A DNA stretch of 64,000 nucleotides, taken from assembly GCA_964016885.1 (NCBI GenBank), contig OZ024740.1:39246001-39310000 (forward strand), written 5' to 3'. The position numbers and the translations under genes were made by a program. The stretch comes from Eledone cirrhosa (taxonomy: Eukaryota). Shown piece by piece: positions 1 to 16,800 of this stretch (its first letter is position 1; the number at the start of each line of letters is the position of its first letter). The notes beneath the pieces were generated by a model. It was not told the origin of the DNA, searched no databases, and was given only the letters and a program-made list of their open reading frames with translations.

Positions 1-3000
1 ATAATGGTAGTATTGTAACTATATAACAGTAGTATTGTAACTATATAACAGTAGCATTGTAACTATATAACAGTAGTAATGTAACTATATAACAGAAGCA
101 TTGTAACTATATAGTGTAGTATTGTAACTATATAACAGTAGTATTGTAACTATATAGTGTAGTATTGTAACTATATAACAGTAGTATTGTAACTATATAA
201 CAGTAGTATCGTAACTATATAACAGTAGTATTGTAACTATATGACAGTAGTATTGTAACTATATAACAGTAGTATTGTAACTGTATATAACAGTAGTATT
301 GTAACTATATAACAGTAGTATTGTAACTATATAACAGTAGTATTGTAACTATATAACAGTAGTATTGTAACTATATAACAGTAGTATTTTAATTATATAA
401 CAGTAGTATTGTAACTATATAACGGTAGTATTGTAACTATATAACGGTAGTATTGTAACTATATATAATAGTAGTATTGTAACTATATAGTGTAGTATTG
501 TAACTATATAGCAGTAGTATTTTACTATATAGTAGTATTGTAACTATATATAACAGTAGTATAGTAACTATATAGTGTAGTATTGTAACTATATAACAGT
601 AGTATTGTAACTATATAACAGTAGTATTGTAACTATATAACAGTAGTATTGTAACTATATAACAGTAGTATTTTAAGTATATAACAGTAGTATTGTAACT
701 ATATGACAGTAGTATTGTAACTATATGTAACAGTAGTATTGTAACTATATAGTGTAGTATTGTAACTATATAACAGTAGTATTGTAACTATATAACAGTA
801 GTAATGTAACTATATAGTGTAGTATTGCAACTATATAACAGTAGTATTGTAGCTATATAGTGTAGTATTGTAACTATATAACTGTAGTATTGTAACTATA
901 TAACAGTAGTATTGTAACTATATAGTGTAGTATTGTAACTATATAACAGTAGTATTGTAACTATATAACAGTAGTATTGTAACTATATAACAGTAGTATT
1001 TTAACTATATAACAGTAGTATTGTAACTATGTAGTGTAGTATTGTAACTATATAACTGTAGTATTGTAACTATATAGAAGTAGTATTGTAACTATATAAC
1101 AGTAGTATTGTAACTATATAACAGTAGTATTGTAACTATAAAACAGTAGTATTGTAACTATATAGCAGTAGTAATTTAACTATATAGTAGTATTGTAACT
1201 ATATATAGCAGTAGTATTTTAACTATATTGTAGTATTCTAACTATATATAACAGTTGTATTGTAACTATATAACAGTAGTATTGTAACTATATAACAGTA
1301 GTATTGTAACTATATATAACACTAGTATTGTAACTATATAACAGTAGTATTGTAACTATATAGTGTAGTATTGTAACTGTATATAACAGCAGTATTGTAA
1401 CTATATAACAATAGTATTGTAACTATTTGTGTAGTATTGTAACTATATATAACAGTAGTATTGTAACTATATAACAGTAGTATTGTAACTATATAACAGT
1501 AGTATTGTAACTATATAACAGTAGTAATGTAACTATATAACAGAAGCATTGTAAATATATAGTGTAGTATTGTAACTATATAAGAGTAGTATTGTAACTA
1601 TATAGTGTAGTATTGTAACTATATAACAGTAGTATTGTAACTATATAACAGTAGTATTGTAACTATATAACAGTAGTAATGTAACTATATCACAGTAGTA
1701 ATGTAACTATATAGTGTAGTATTGCAACTATATAACAGTAGTATTGTAGCTATATAGTGTAGTATTGTAACTATATAACAGTAGTATTGTAACTATATAA
1801 CAGTAGTATTGTAACTATATAGTGTAGTATTGTAACTATATAACAGTAATATTGTAACTATATAACAGTAGTATTGTAACTATATAAGAGTAGTATTGTA
1901 ACTATATATAACAGTAGTAATGTAACTATATAGTGTAGTATTGTAACTATATAACAGTAGTATTGTAACTATATAGTGTAGTATTGCAACTATATAACAG
2001 TAGTATTGTAACTATATAATGGTAGTATTGTAACTATATAACAGTAGTATTGTAACTATATAACAGTAGCATTGTAACTATATAACAGTAGTAATGTAAC
2101 TATATAACAGAAGCATTGTAACTATATAGTGTAGTATTGTAACTATATAACAGTAGTATTGTAACTATATAGTGTAGTATTGTAACTATATAACAGTAGT
2201 ATTGTAACTATATAACAGTAGTATCGTAACTATATAACAGTAGTATTGTAACTATATGACAGTAGTATTGTAACTATATAACATTAGTATTGTAACTGTA
2301 TATAACAGTAGTATTGTAACTATATAACAGTAGTATTGTAACTATATAACAGTAGTATTGTAACTATATAACAGTAGTATTGTAACTATATAACAGTAGT
2401 ATTGTAACTATATAACAGTAGTATTGTAACTATATAACAGTAGTATTGTAACTATATAGCAATAGTATTGTAACTATATAGCAGTAGTATTGTAACTATA
2501 TAACAGTAGTAATGTAACTATATAGTGTAGTATTGCAACTATATAACAGTAGTATTGTAGCTATATAGTGTAGTATTGTAACTATATAACAGTAGTATTG
2601 TAACTATATAACAGTAGTATTGTAACTATATAGTGTAGTATTGTAACTATATAACAGTAGTATTGTAACTATATAACAGTAGTATTGTAACTATATAACA
2701 GTAGTATTTTAACTATATAACAGTAGTATTGTAACTATGTAGTGTAGTATTGTAACTATATAACTGTAGTATTGTAACTATATAGCAGTAGTATTGTAAC
2801 TATATAACAGTAGTATTGTAACTATATAACAGTAGTATTGTAACTATAAAACAGTAGTATTGTAACTATATAGCAGTAGTAATTTAACTATATAGTAGTA
2901 TTGTAACTATATATAGCAGTAGTATTTTAACTATATTGTAGTATTCTAACTATATATAACAGTTGTATTGTAACTATATAACAGTAGTATTGTAACTATA

Positions 3001-6000
3001 TAACAGTAGTATTGTAACTATATATAACAGTAGTATAGTAACTATATAGTGTAGTATTGTAACTATATAACAGTAGTATTGTAACTATATAACAGTAGTA
3101 TTGTAACTATATAACAGTAGTATTGTAACTATATAACAGTAGTATTGTAAGTATATAACAGTAGTATTGTAACTATATGACAGTAGTATTGTAACTATAT
3201 GTAACAGTAGTATTGTAACTATATAGTGTAGTATTGTAACTATATAACAGTAGTATTGTAACTATATAACAGTAGTAATGTAACTATATAGTGTAGTATT
3301 GCAACTATATAACAGTAGTATTGTAGCTATATAGTGTAGTATTGTAACTATATAACAGTAGTATTGTAACTATATAACAGTAGTATTGTAACTATATAGT
3401 GTAGTATTGTAACTATATAACAGTAGTATTGTAACTATATAACAGTAGTATTGTAACTATATAACAGTAGTATTTTAACTATATAACAGTAGTATTGTAA
3501 CTATGTAGTGTAGTATTGTAACTATATAACTGTAGTATTGTAACTATATAGCAGTAGTATTGTAACTATATAACAGTAGTATTGTAACTATATAACAGTA
3601 GTATTGTAACTATAAAACAGTAGTATTGTAACTATATAGCAGTAGTAATTTAACTATATAGTAGTATTGTAACTATATATAGCAGTAGTATTTTAACTAT
3701 ATTGTAGTATTCTAACTATATATAACAGTTGTATTGTAACTATATAACAGTAGTATTGTAACTATATAACAGTAGTATTGTAACTATATATAACTCCAGT
3801 ATTGTAACTATATAACAGTAGTATTGTAACTATATAGTGTAGTATTGTAACTATATATAACAGTAGTATTGTAACTATATAACAGTAGTATTGTAACTAT
3901 ATAGTGTAGTATTGTAACTATATATAACAGTAGTATTCTAACTATATAACAGTAGTATTGTAACTATATAGTGTAGTATTGTAACTATATAGTGTAGTAT
4001 TGTAACTATATGACAGTAGTATTGTAACTATATAACAGTAGTATTGTAACTATATAGTGTAGTATTGCAACTATATAGTGTAGTATTGTAACTATATAAC
4101 AGTAGTATTGTAACTATATAACAGTAGTATTGTAACTATATAACAGTAGTAATGTAACTATATAACAGTAGTAATGTAACTATATGACAGTAGTGTTGCA
4201 ACTATATAACAGTAGCATTGTAACTATATAACAGTAGTATTGTAACTATATAACAGTAGTATTGTAACTATACAGTGTAGTATTGTAACTATATAACAGT
4301 AGAATTGTAACTATATAACAGTAGTATTGTAACTATATAACAGTAGTATTGTAACTATATAACAGTAGCATTGTAACAATATATAACAGTAGTATTGTAA
4401 CTATATAGTGTAGTATTGTAACTATATAACACTAGTATTGTAACTATATAGTGTAGTATTGTAACTATATAGTGTAGTATTTTAACTATATGACAGTAGT
4501 ATTCTAACTATATAACACTAGTATTGTGACTATATAGTGCTGTATTGAAACTATATAACAGTAGTATTGTAACTATATAACAGTAGTATTGTAACTATAT
4601 AACAGTAGTATTGTAACTATATAACTGTAGTATTGCAACAATATATTGTAGTATTGTAACTATATAACAGTAGTATTGCAACTATATGACAGTAGTATTG
4701 CAAATATACAGTGTATTATTGTAACTATATAACAGTAATATTGTAACTATATAACAGTAGTATTGTAACTATATAACCGTAGTATTGTAACTATACATAA
4801 CAGTAGTATTGTAACTATACATAACAGTAGTATTGTAACTATATAACAGTGGTATTGTAACTATATGACAGTAGTATTGTAACTATATAACAGTAGTATT
4901 GTAACTATATAGTGTAGTATTGTAACTATATAACAGTAGTTTGGTAAATATATAACAGTAGTATTGTAACTATGTAGTATAGTATTGTAACTATATAACA
5001 GTAGTATTGTAACTATATATCAGTAGTATTGTAACTATATAACAGTAGTATTGTAACTATATAACAGTAGTAATGTAACTATATAATGTAGTATTGTAAC
5101 TATATAGTGTAGTATTGTAACTATATAACAGTAGTATTGTAACTATATAACAGTAGTATTGTAACTATATAACAGTAGTATTGTAACTATATAACAGTAG
5201 TATTGTAACTATATAACAGTAGTATTGTAACTATATATACCAGTAGTATTGTAACTATATAACAGTAGTATTGTAACTATATAACAGTAGTATTGTAACT
5301 ATATAACAGTAGTAATGTAACTATATAACAGAAGCATTGTAACTATATAGTGTAGTATTGTAACTATATAACAGTAGTATTGTAATTATATAGTGTAGTA
5401 TTGTAACTATATAACAGTAGTATTGTAACTATATAACAGTAGTATTGTAACTATATATAACAGTAGTATTGTAACTATATAGTGTAGTATTGTAACTATA
5501 TAACAGTAGTATTGTAACTATATAGTGTACTATTGTAACTATATAACAGTAGTGTTGTAACTATATAGTGTAGTATTGTAACTATATAACAGTAGTATTG
5601 TAACTATATATAAGAGTAGTATTGTGACTATATAACAGTAGTATTGTAACTATATAACAGTTGTATTGTAACTATATAGTGTAGAATTGCAATTATATAA
5701 CAGTAGTATTGTAACGATATAACAGTAGTAATGTAACTATATAACAGAAGCATTGTAACTATATAGTGTAGTATTGTAACTATATAACAGTAGTATTGTA
5801 ACTATATAACAGAAGTTTTGTAACTATATAACAGTAGTATTGTAACTATATATAACAGTAGTATTGTAACTATATAGTGTAGTATTGTAACTATATAACA
5901 GTAGTATTGTAACTATATAGTGTACTATTGTAACTATATAACAGTAGTATTGTAACTATATAGTGTAGTATTGTAACTATATAACAGTAGTATTGTAACT

Positions 6001-9000
6001 ATATAACAGTAGTATTGTAACTATATAACAGTAGTATTGTAACTATATAGTGTAGTATTGCAACTATATAACAGTAGTATTGTAACTATATAATGGTAGT
6101 ATTGTAACTATATAACAGTAGTATTGTAACTATATAACAGTAGTATTGTGATAATATAACAGTAGTATTGTAACTATATAACAGTAGTAATGTAACTATA
6201 TAATGTAGTATTGTAACTATATAGTGTTGTATAGTAACTATATAACAGTAGTATCGTAACTATATAACAGTAGTATTGTAACTATATAACAGTAGTATTG
6301 TAACAATATAACAGTAGTATTGTAACTATATATAACAGTAGTATTGTAACTATATAACAGTAGTATTGTAACTATATAGCACTAGTATTGTAACTATATA
6401 GCAGTAGTATTTTACTATATAGTAGTATTGTAACTATATATAACAGTAGTATTGTAACTATATAGTGTAGTATTGTAACTATATAACAGTAGTATTGTAA
6501 CTATATAACAGTAGTATTGTAACTATATAACAGTAGTATTGTAACTATATAACAGTAGTATTGTAACTATATAACAGTAGTGTTGTAACTATATGACAGT
6601 AGTATTGTAACTATATGTAACAGTAGTATTGTAACTATATAGTGTAGTATTGTAACTATATAACAGTAGTATTGTAACTATATAACAGTAGTAATGTAAC
6701 TATATAGTGTAGTATTGCAACTATATAACAGTAGTATTGTAGCTATATAGTGTAGTATTGTAACTATATAACAGTAGTATTGTAACTATATAACAGTAGT
6801 ATTGTAACTATATAGTGTAGTATTGTAACTATATAACAGTAGTATTGTAACTATATAACAGTAGTATTGTAACTATATAACAGTAGTATTTTAACTATAT
6901 AACAGTAGTATTGTAACTATGTAGTGTAGTATTGTAACTATATAACTGTAGTATTGTAACTATATAGCAGTAGTATTGTAACTATATAACAGTAGTATTG
7001 TAACTATATAACAGTAGTATTGTAACTATAAAACAGTAGTATTGTAACTATATAGCAGTAGTAATTTAACTATATAGTAGTATTGTAACTATATATAGCA
7101 GTAGTATTTTAACTATATTGTAGTATTCTAACTATATATAACAGTTGTATTGTAACTATATAACGGTAGTATTGTAACTATATAACAGTAGTATTGTAAC
7201 TATATATAACACTAGTATTGTAACTATATAACAGTAGTATTGTAACTATATAGTGTAGTATTGTAACTGTATATAACAGTAGTATTGTAACTATATAACA
7301 GTAGTATTGTAACTATTTGTGTAGTATTGTAACTATATATAACAGTAGTATTGTAACTATATAACAGTAGTATTGTAACTATATAACAGTAGTATTGTAA
7401 CTATATAACAGTAGTAATGTAACTATATAACAGAAGCATTGTAAATATATAGTGTAGTATTGTAACTATATAAGAGTATTATTGTAACTATACAGTGTAG
7501 TATTGTAACTATATAACAGTAGTATTGTAACTATATAACAGTAGTATTGTAACTATATAACAGTAGTATTGTAACTATATAGTGTAGTATTGCAACTATA
7601 TAACAGTAGTATTGTAACTATATAATGGTAGTATTGTAACTATATAACAGTAGTATTGTAACTATATAACAGTAGCATTGTAACTATATAACAGTAGTAA
7701 TGTAACTATATAACAGAAGCATTGTAACTATATAGTGTAGTATTGTAACTATATAACAGTAGTATTGTAACTATATAGTGTAGTATTGTAACTATATAAC
7801 AGTAGTATTGTAACTATATAACAGTAGTATCGTAACTATATAACAGTAGTATTGTAACTATATGACAGTAGTATTGTAACTATATAACAGTAGTATTGTA
7901 ACTGTATATAACAGTAGTATTGTAACTATATAACAGTAGTATTGTAACTATATAACAGTAGTATTGTAACTATATAACAGTAGTATTGTAACTATATAAC
8001 AGTAGTATTTTAATTATATAACAGTAGTATTGTAACTATATAACGGTAGTATTGTAACTATATAACGGTAGTATTGTAACTATATATAACAGTAGTATTG
8101 TAACTATATAGTGTAGTATTGTAACTATATAGCAGTAGTATTTTACTATATAGTAGTATTGTAACTATATATAACAGTAGTATAGTAACTATATAGTGTA
8201 GTATTGTAACTATATAACAGTAGTATTGTAACTATATAACAGTAGTATTGTAACTATATAACAGTAGTATTGTAACTATATAACAGTAGTATTTTAAGTA
8301 TATAACAGTAGTATTGTAACTATATGACAGTAGTATTGTAACTATATGTAACAGTAGTATTGTAACTATATAGTGTAGTATTGTAACTATATAACAGTAG
8401 TATTGTAACTATATAACAGTAGTAATGTAACTATATAGTGTAGTATTGCAACTATATAACAGTAGTATTGTAGCTATATAGTGTAGTATTGTAACTATAT
8501 AACAGTAGTATTGTAACTATATAACAGTAGTATTGTAACTATATAGTGTAGTATTGTAACTATATAACAGTAGTATTGTAACTATATAACAGTAGTATTG
8601 TAACTATATAACAGTAGTATTTTAACTATATAACAGTAGTATTGTAACTATGTAGTGTAGTATTGTAACTATATAACTGTAGTATTGTAACTATATAGAA
8701 GTAGTATTGTAACTATATAACAGTAGTATTGTAACTATATAACAGTAGTATTGTAACTATAAAACAGTAGTATTGTAACTATATAGCAGTAGTAATTTAA
8801 CTATATAGTAGTATTGTAACTATATATAGCAGTAGTATTTTAAGTATATTGTAGTATTCTAACTATATATAACAGTTGTATTGTAACTATATAACAGTAG
8901 TATTGTAACTATATAACAGTAGTATTGTAACTATATATAACACTAGTATTGTAACTATATAACAGTAGTATTGTAACTATATAGTGTAGTATTGTAACTG

Positions 9001-12000
9001 TATATAACAGTAGTATTGTAACTATATAACAATAGTATTGTAACTATTTGTGTAGTATTGTAACTATATATAACAGTAGTATTGTAACTATATAACAGTA
9101 GTATTGTAACTATATAACAGTAGTATTGTAACTATATAACAGTAGTAATGTATCTATATAACAGAAGCATTGTAAATATATAGTGTAGTATTGTAACTAT
9201 ATAAGAGTAGTATTGTAACTATATAGTGTAGTATTGTAACTATATAACAGTAGTATTGTAACTATATAACAGTAGTATTGTAACTATATAACAGTAGTAT
9301 TGTAACTATATAGTGTAGTATTGCAACTATATAACAGTAGTATTGTAACTATATAATGGTAGTATTGTAACTATATAACAGTAGTATTGTAACTATATAA
9401 CAGTAGCATTGTAACTATATAACAGTAGTAATGTAACTATATAACAGAAGCATTGTAACTATATAGTGTAGTATTGTAACTATATAACAGTAGTATTGTA
9501 ACTATATAGTGTAGTATTGTAACTATATAACAGTACTATTGTAACTATATAACAGTAGTATCGTAACTATATAACAGTAGTATTGTAACTATATGACAGT
9601 AGTATTGTAACTATATAACAGTAGTATTGTAACTGTATATAACAGTAGTATTGTAACTATATAACAGTAGTATTGTAACTATATAACAGTAGTATTGTAA
9701 CTATATAACAGTAGTATTGTAACTATATAACAGTAGTATTGTAATTATATAACAGTAGTATTGTAACTATATAACGGTAGTATTGTAACTATATAACAGT
9801 AGTATTGTAACTATATAGTGTAGTATTGTAACTATATAACAGTAATATTGTAACTATATAACAGTAGTATTGTAACTATATAAGAGTAGTATTGTAACTA
9901 TATATAACAGTAGTAATGTAACTATATAGTGTAGTATTGTAACTATATAACAGTAGTATTGTAACTATATAGTGTAGTATTGCAACTATATAACAGTAGT
10001 ATTGTAACTATATAATGGTAGTATTGTAACTATATAACAGTAGTATTGTAACTATATAACAGTAGCATTGTAACTATATAACAGTAGTAATGTAACTATA
10101 TAACAGAAGCATTGTAACTATATAGTGTAGTATTGTAACTATATAACAGTAGTATTGTAACTATATAGTGTAGTATTGTAACTATATAACAGTAGTATTG
10201 TAACTATATAACAGTAGTATCGTAACTATATAACAGTAGTATTGTAACTATATGACAGTAGTATTGTAGCTATATAACATTAGTATTGTAACTGTATATA
10301 ACAGTAGTATTGTAACTATATAACAGTAGTATTGTAACTATATAACAGTAGTATTGTAACTATATAACAGTAGTATTGTAACTATATAACAGTAGTATTG
10401 TAACTATATAACAGTAGTATTGTAACTATATAACAGTAGTATTGTAACTATATAGCAATAGTATTGTAACTATATAGCAGTAGTATTTTACTATATAGTA
10501 GTATTGTAACTATATATAACAGTAGTATTGTAACTATATAGTGTAGTATTGTAACTATATAACAGTAGTATTGTAACTATATAACAGTAGTATTGTAACT
10601 ATATAACAGTAGTATTGTAACTATATAACAGTAGTATTGTAAGTATATAACAGTAGTATTGTAACTATATGACAGTAGTATTGTAACTATATGTAACAGT
10701 AGTATTGTAACTATATAGTGTAGTATTGTAACTATATAACAGTAGTATTGTAACTATATAACAGTAGTAATGTAACTATATAGTGTAGTATTGCAACTAT
10801 ATAACAGTAGTATTGTAGCTATATAGTGTAGTATTGTAACTATATAACAGTAGTATTGTAACTATATAACAGTAGTATTGTAACTATATAGTGTAGTATT
10901 GTAACTATATAACAGTAGTATTGTAACTATATAACAGTAGTATTGTAACTATATAACAGTAGTATTTTAACTATATAACAGTAGTATTGTAACTATGTAG
11001 TGTAGTATTGTAACTATATAACTGTAGTATTGTAACTATATAGCAGTAGTATTGTAACTATATAACAGTAGTATTGTAACTATATAACAGTAGTATTGTA
11101 ACTATAAAACAGTAGTATTGTAACTATATAGCAGTAGTAATTTAACTATATAGTAGTATTGTAACTATATATAGCAGTAGTATTTTAACTATATTGTAGT
11201 ATTCTAACTATATATAACAGTTGTATTGTAACTATATAACAGTAGTATTGTAACTATATAACAGTAGTATTGTAACTATATATAACTCCAGTATTGTAAC
11301 TATATAACAGTAGTATTGTAACTATATAGTGTAGTATTGTAACTATATATAACAGTAGTATTGTAACTATATAACAGTAGTATTGTAACTATATAACAGT
11401 AGTATTGTAACTATATAACAGTAGTATTGTAACTATATATAACAGTAGTATTCTAACTATATAACAGTAGTATTGTAACTATATAGTGTAGTATTGTAAC
11501 TATATAGTGTAGTATTGTAACTATATGACAGTAGTATTGTAACTATATAACAGTAGTATTGTAACTATATAGTGTAGTATTGCAACTATATAGTGTAGTA
11601 TTGTAACTATATAACAGTAGTATTGTAACTATATAACAGTAGTATTGTAACTATATAACAGTAGTAATGTAACTATATAACAGTAGTAATGTAACTATAT
11701 GACAGTAGTGTTGCAACTATATAACAGTAGCATTGTAACTATATAACAGTAGTATTGTAACTATATAACAGTAGTATTGTAACTATACAGTGTAGTATTG
11801 TAACTATATAACAGTAGAATTGTAACTATATAACAGTAGTATTGTAACTATATAACAGTAGTATTGTAACTATATAACAGTAGCATTGTAACAATATATA
11901 ACAGTAGTATTGTAACTATATAGTGTAGTATTGTAACTATATAACACTAGTATTGTAACTATATAGTGTAGTATTGTAACTATATAGTGTAGTATTTTAA

Positions 12001-13880
12001 CTATATGACAGTAGTATTCTAACTATATAACACTAGTATTGTGACTATATAGTGCTGTATTGAAACTATATAACAGTAGTATTGTAACTATATAACAGTA
12101 GTATTGTAACTATATAACAGTAGTATTGTAACTATATAACTGTAGTATTGCAACAATATATTGTAGTATTGTAACTATATAACAGTAGTATTGCAACTAT
12201 ATGACAGTAGTATTGCAAATATACAGTGTATTATTGTAACTATATAACAGTAGTATTGTAACTATATAACAGTAGTATTGTAACTATATAACCGTAGTAT
12301 TGTAACTATACATAACAGTAGTATTGTAACTATACATAACAGTAGTATTGTAACTATATAACAGTAGTATTGTAAGTATATAACAGTAGTATTGTAACTA
12401 TATAACAGTAGTATTGTAACTATATAACAGTGGTATTGTAACTATATGACAGTAGTATTGTAACTATATAACAGTAGTATTGTAACTATATAGTGTAGTA
12501 TTGTAACTATATAACAGTAGTTTGGTAAATATATAACAGTAGTATTGTAACTATGTAGTATAGTATTGTAACTATATAACAGTAGTATTGTAACTATATA
12601 TCAGTAGTATTGTAACTATATAACAGTAGTATTGTAACTATATAACAGTAGTAATGTAACTATATAATGTAGTATTGTAACTATATAGTGTAGTATTGTA
12701 ACTATATAACAGTAGTATTGTAACTATATAACAGTAGTATTGTAACTATATAACAGTAGTATTGTAACTATATAACAGTAGTATTGTAACTATATATAAC
12801 AGTAGTATTGTAACTATATAACAGTAGTATTGTAACTATATAACAGTAGTATTGTAACTATATAACAGTAGTAATGTAACTATATAACAGAAGCATTGTA
12901 ACTATATAGTGTAGTATTGTAACTATATAACAGTAGTATTGTAATTATATAGTGTAGTATTGTAACTATATAACAGTAGTATTGTAACTATATAACAGTA
13001 GTATTGTAACTATATATAACAGTAGTATTGTAACTATATAGTGTAGTATTGTAACTATATAACAGTAGTATTGTAACTATATAGTGTACTATTGTAACTA
13101 TATAACAGTAGTGTTGTAACTATATAGTGTAGTATTGTAACTATATAACAGTAGTATTGTAACTATATATAAGAGTAGTATTGTGACTATATAACAGTAG
13201 TATTGTAACTATATAACAGTTGTATTGTAACTATATAGTGTAGAATTGCAACTATATAACAGTAGTATTGTAACGATATAACAGTAGTAATGTAACTATA
13301 TAACAGAAGCATTGTAACTATATAGTGTAGTATTGTAACTATATAACAGTAGTATTGTAACTATATAACAGAAGTTTTGTAACTATATAACAGTAGTATT
13401 GTAACTATATATAACAGTAGTATTGTAACTATATAGTGTAGTATTGTAACTATATAACAGTAGTATTGTAACTATATAGTGTACTATTGTAACTATATAA
13501 CAGTAGTATTGTAACTATATAGTGTAGTATTGTAACTATATAACAGTAGTATTGTAACTATATAACAGTAGTATTGTAACTATATAACAGTAGTATTGTA
13601 ACTATATAGTGTAGTATTGCAACTATATAACAGTAGTATTGTAACTATATAATGGTAGTATTGTAACTATATAACAGTAGTATTGTAACTATATAACAGT
13701 AGTATTGTGATAATATAACAGTAGTATTGTAACTATATAACAGTAGTAATGTAACTATATAATGTAGTATTGTAACTATATAGTGTTGTATAGTAACTAT
13801 ATAACAGTAGTATCGTAACTATATAACAGTAGTATTGTAACTATATAACAGTAGTATTGTAACAATATAACAGTAGTATT
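1..13880 (+). repeat. ~7.5-7.6 kb-period higher-order duplication within the satellite
   Basis: Rare variants recur in the same order: ATAATGG at 1 and 7622, TTTTAATT at ~387 and ~8008, TAGAAGTAG at ~1075 and ~8696 (offset 7621). AACTCCAG at ~3792 and ~11284; GAAGTTTTG at ~5812 and 13371. Confidence 0.85.
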
Positions 13881-16800
13881 GTAACTGTATATAACAGTAC
13901 TATTGTAACTATATAACAGTAGTATCGTAACTATATAACAGTAGTATTGTAACTATATGACAGTAGTATTGTAACTATATAACAGTAGTATTGTAACTGT
14001 ATATAACAGTAGTATTGTAACTATATAACAGTTGTATTGTAACTATATAACAGTAGTATTGTAACTATATAACAGTAGTATTGTAACTATATAACAGTAG
14101 TATTGTAATTATATAACAGTAGTATTGTAACTATATAACGGTAGTATTGTAACTATATAACAGTAGTATTGTAACTATATAGTGTAGTATTGTAACTATA
14201 TAACAGTAATATTGTAACTATATAACAGTAGTATTGTAACTATATAAGAGTAGTATTGTAACTATATATAACAGTAGTAATGTAACTATATAGTGTAGTA
14301 TTGTAACTATATAACAGTAGTATTGTAACTATATAGTGTAGTATTGCAACTATATAACAGTAGTATTGTAACTATATAATGGTAGTATTGTAACTATATA
14401 ACAGTAGTATTGTAACTATATAACAGTAGCATTGTAACTATATAACAGTAGTAATGTAACTATATAACAGAAGCATTGTAACTAAATAGTGTAGTATTGT
14501 AACTATATAACAGTAGTATTGTAACTATATAGTGTAGTATTGTAACTATATAACAGTAGTATTGTAACTATATAACAGTACTATCGTAACTATATAACAG
14601 TAGTATTGTAACTATATGACAGTAGTATTGTAACTATATAACATTAGTATTGTAACTGTATATAACAGTAGTATTGTAACTATATAACAGTAGTATTGTA
14701 ACTATATAACAGTAGTATTGTAACTATATAACAGTAGTATTGTAACTATATAACAGTAGTATTGTAACTATATAACAGTAGTATTGTAACTATATAACAG
14801 TAGTATTGTAACTATATAGCAATAGTATTGTAACTATATAGCAGTAGTATTTTACTATATAGTAGTATTGTAACTATATATAACAGTAGTATTGTAACTA
14901 TATAGTGTAGTATTGTAACTATATAACAGTAGTATTGTAACTATATAACAGTAGTATTGTAACTATATAACAGTAGTATTGTAACTATATAACAGTAGTA
15001 TTGTAAGTATATAACAGTAGTATTGTAACTATATGACAGTAGTATTGTAACTATATGTAACAGTAGTATTGTAACTATATAGTGTAGTATTGTAACTATA
15101 TAACAGTAGTATTGTAACTATATAACAGTAGTAATGTAACTATATAGTGTAGTATTGCAACTATATAACAGTAGTATTGTAGCTATATAGTGTAGTATTG
15201 TAACTATATAACAGTAGTATTGTAACTATATAACAGTAGTATTGTAACTATATAGTGTAGTATTGTAACTATATAACAGTAGTATTGTAACTATATAACA
15301 GTAGTATTGTAACTATATAACAGTAGTATTTTAACTATATAACAGTAGTATTGTAACTATGTAGTGTAGTATTGTAACTATATAACTGTAGTATTGTAAC
15401 TATATAGCAGTAGTATTGTAACTATATAACAGTAGTATTGTAACTATATAACAGTAGTATTGTAACTATAAAACAGTAGTATTGTAACTATATAGCAGTA
15501 GTAATTTAACTATATAGTAGTATTGTAACTATATATAGCAGTAGTATTTTAACTATATTGTAGTATTCTAACTATATATAACAGTTGTATTGTAACTATA
15601 TAACAGTAGTATTGTAACTATATAACAGTAGTATTGTAACTATATATAACTCTAGTATTGTAACTATATAACAGTAGTATTGTAACTATATAGTGTAGTA
15701 TTGTAACTATATATAACAGTAGTATTGTAACTATATAACAGTAGTATTGTAACTATATAACAGTAGTATTGTAACTATATAACAGTAGTATTGTAACTAT
15801 ATATAACAGTAGTATTCTAACTATATAACAGTAGTATTGTAACTATATAGTGTAGTATTGTAACTATATAGTGTAGTATTGTAACTATATGACAGTAGTA
15901 TTGTAACTATATAACAGTAGTATTGTAACTATATAGTGTAGTATTGCAACTATATAGTGTAGTATTGTAACTATATAACAGTAGTATTGTAACTATATAA
16001 CAGTAGTATTGTAACTATATAACAGTAGTAATGTAACTATATAACAGTAGTAATGTAACTATATGACAGTAGTGTTGCAACTATATAACAGTAGCATTGT
16101 AACTATATAACAGTAGTATTGTAACTATATAACAGTAGTATTGTAACTATACAGTGTAGTATTGTAACTATATAACAGTAGAATTGTAACTATATAACAG
16201 TAGCATTGTAACAATATATAACAGTAGTATTGTAACTATATAGTGTAGTATTGTAACTATATAACACTAGTATTGTAACTATATAGTGTAGTATTGTAAC
16301 TATATAGTGTAGTATTTTAACTATATGACAGTAGTATTCTAACTATATAACACTAGTATTGTGACTATATAGTGCTGTATTGAAACTATATAACAGTAGT
16401 ATTGTAACTATATAACAGTAGTATTGTAACTATATAACAGTAGTATTGTAACTATATAACTGTAGTATTGCAACAATATATTGTAGTATTGTAACTATAT
16501 AACAGTAGTATTGCAACTATATGACAGTAGTATTGCAAATATACAGTGTATTATTGTAACTATATAACAGTAGTATTGTAACTATATAACAGTAGTATTG
16601 TAACTATATAACCGTAGTATTGTAACTATACATAACAGTAGTATTGTAACTATACATAACAGTAGTATTGTAACTATATAACAGTAGTATTGTAAGTATA
16701 TAACAGTAGTATTGTAACTATATAACAGTAGTATTGTAACTATATAACAGTGGTATTGTAACTATATGACAGTAGTATTGTAACTATATAACAGTAGTAT

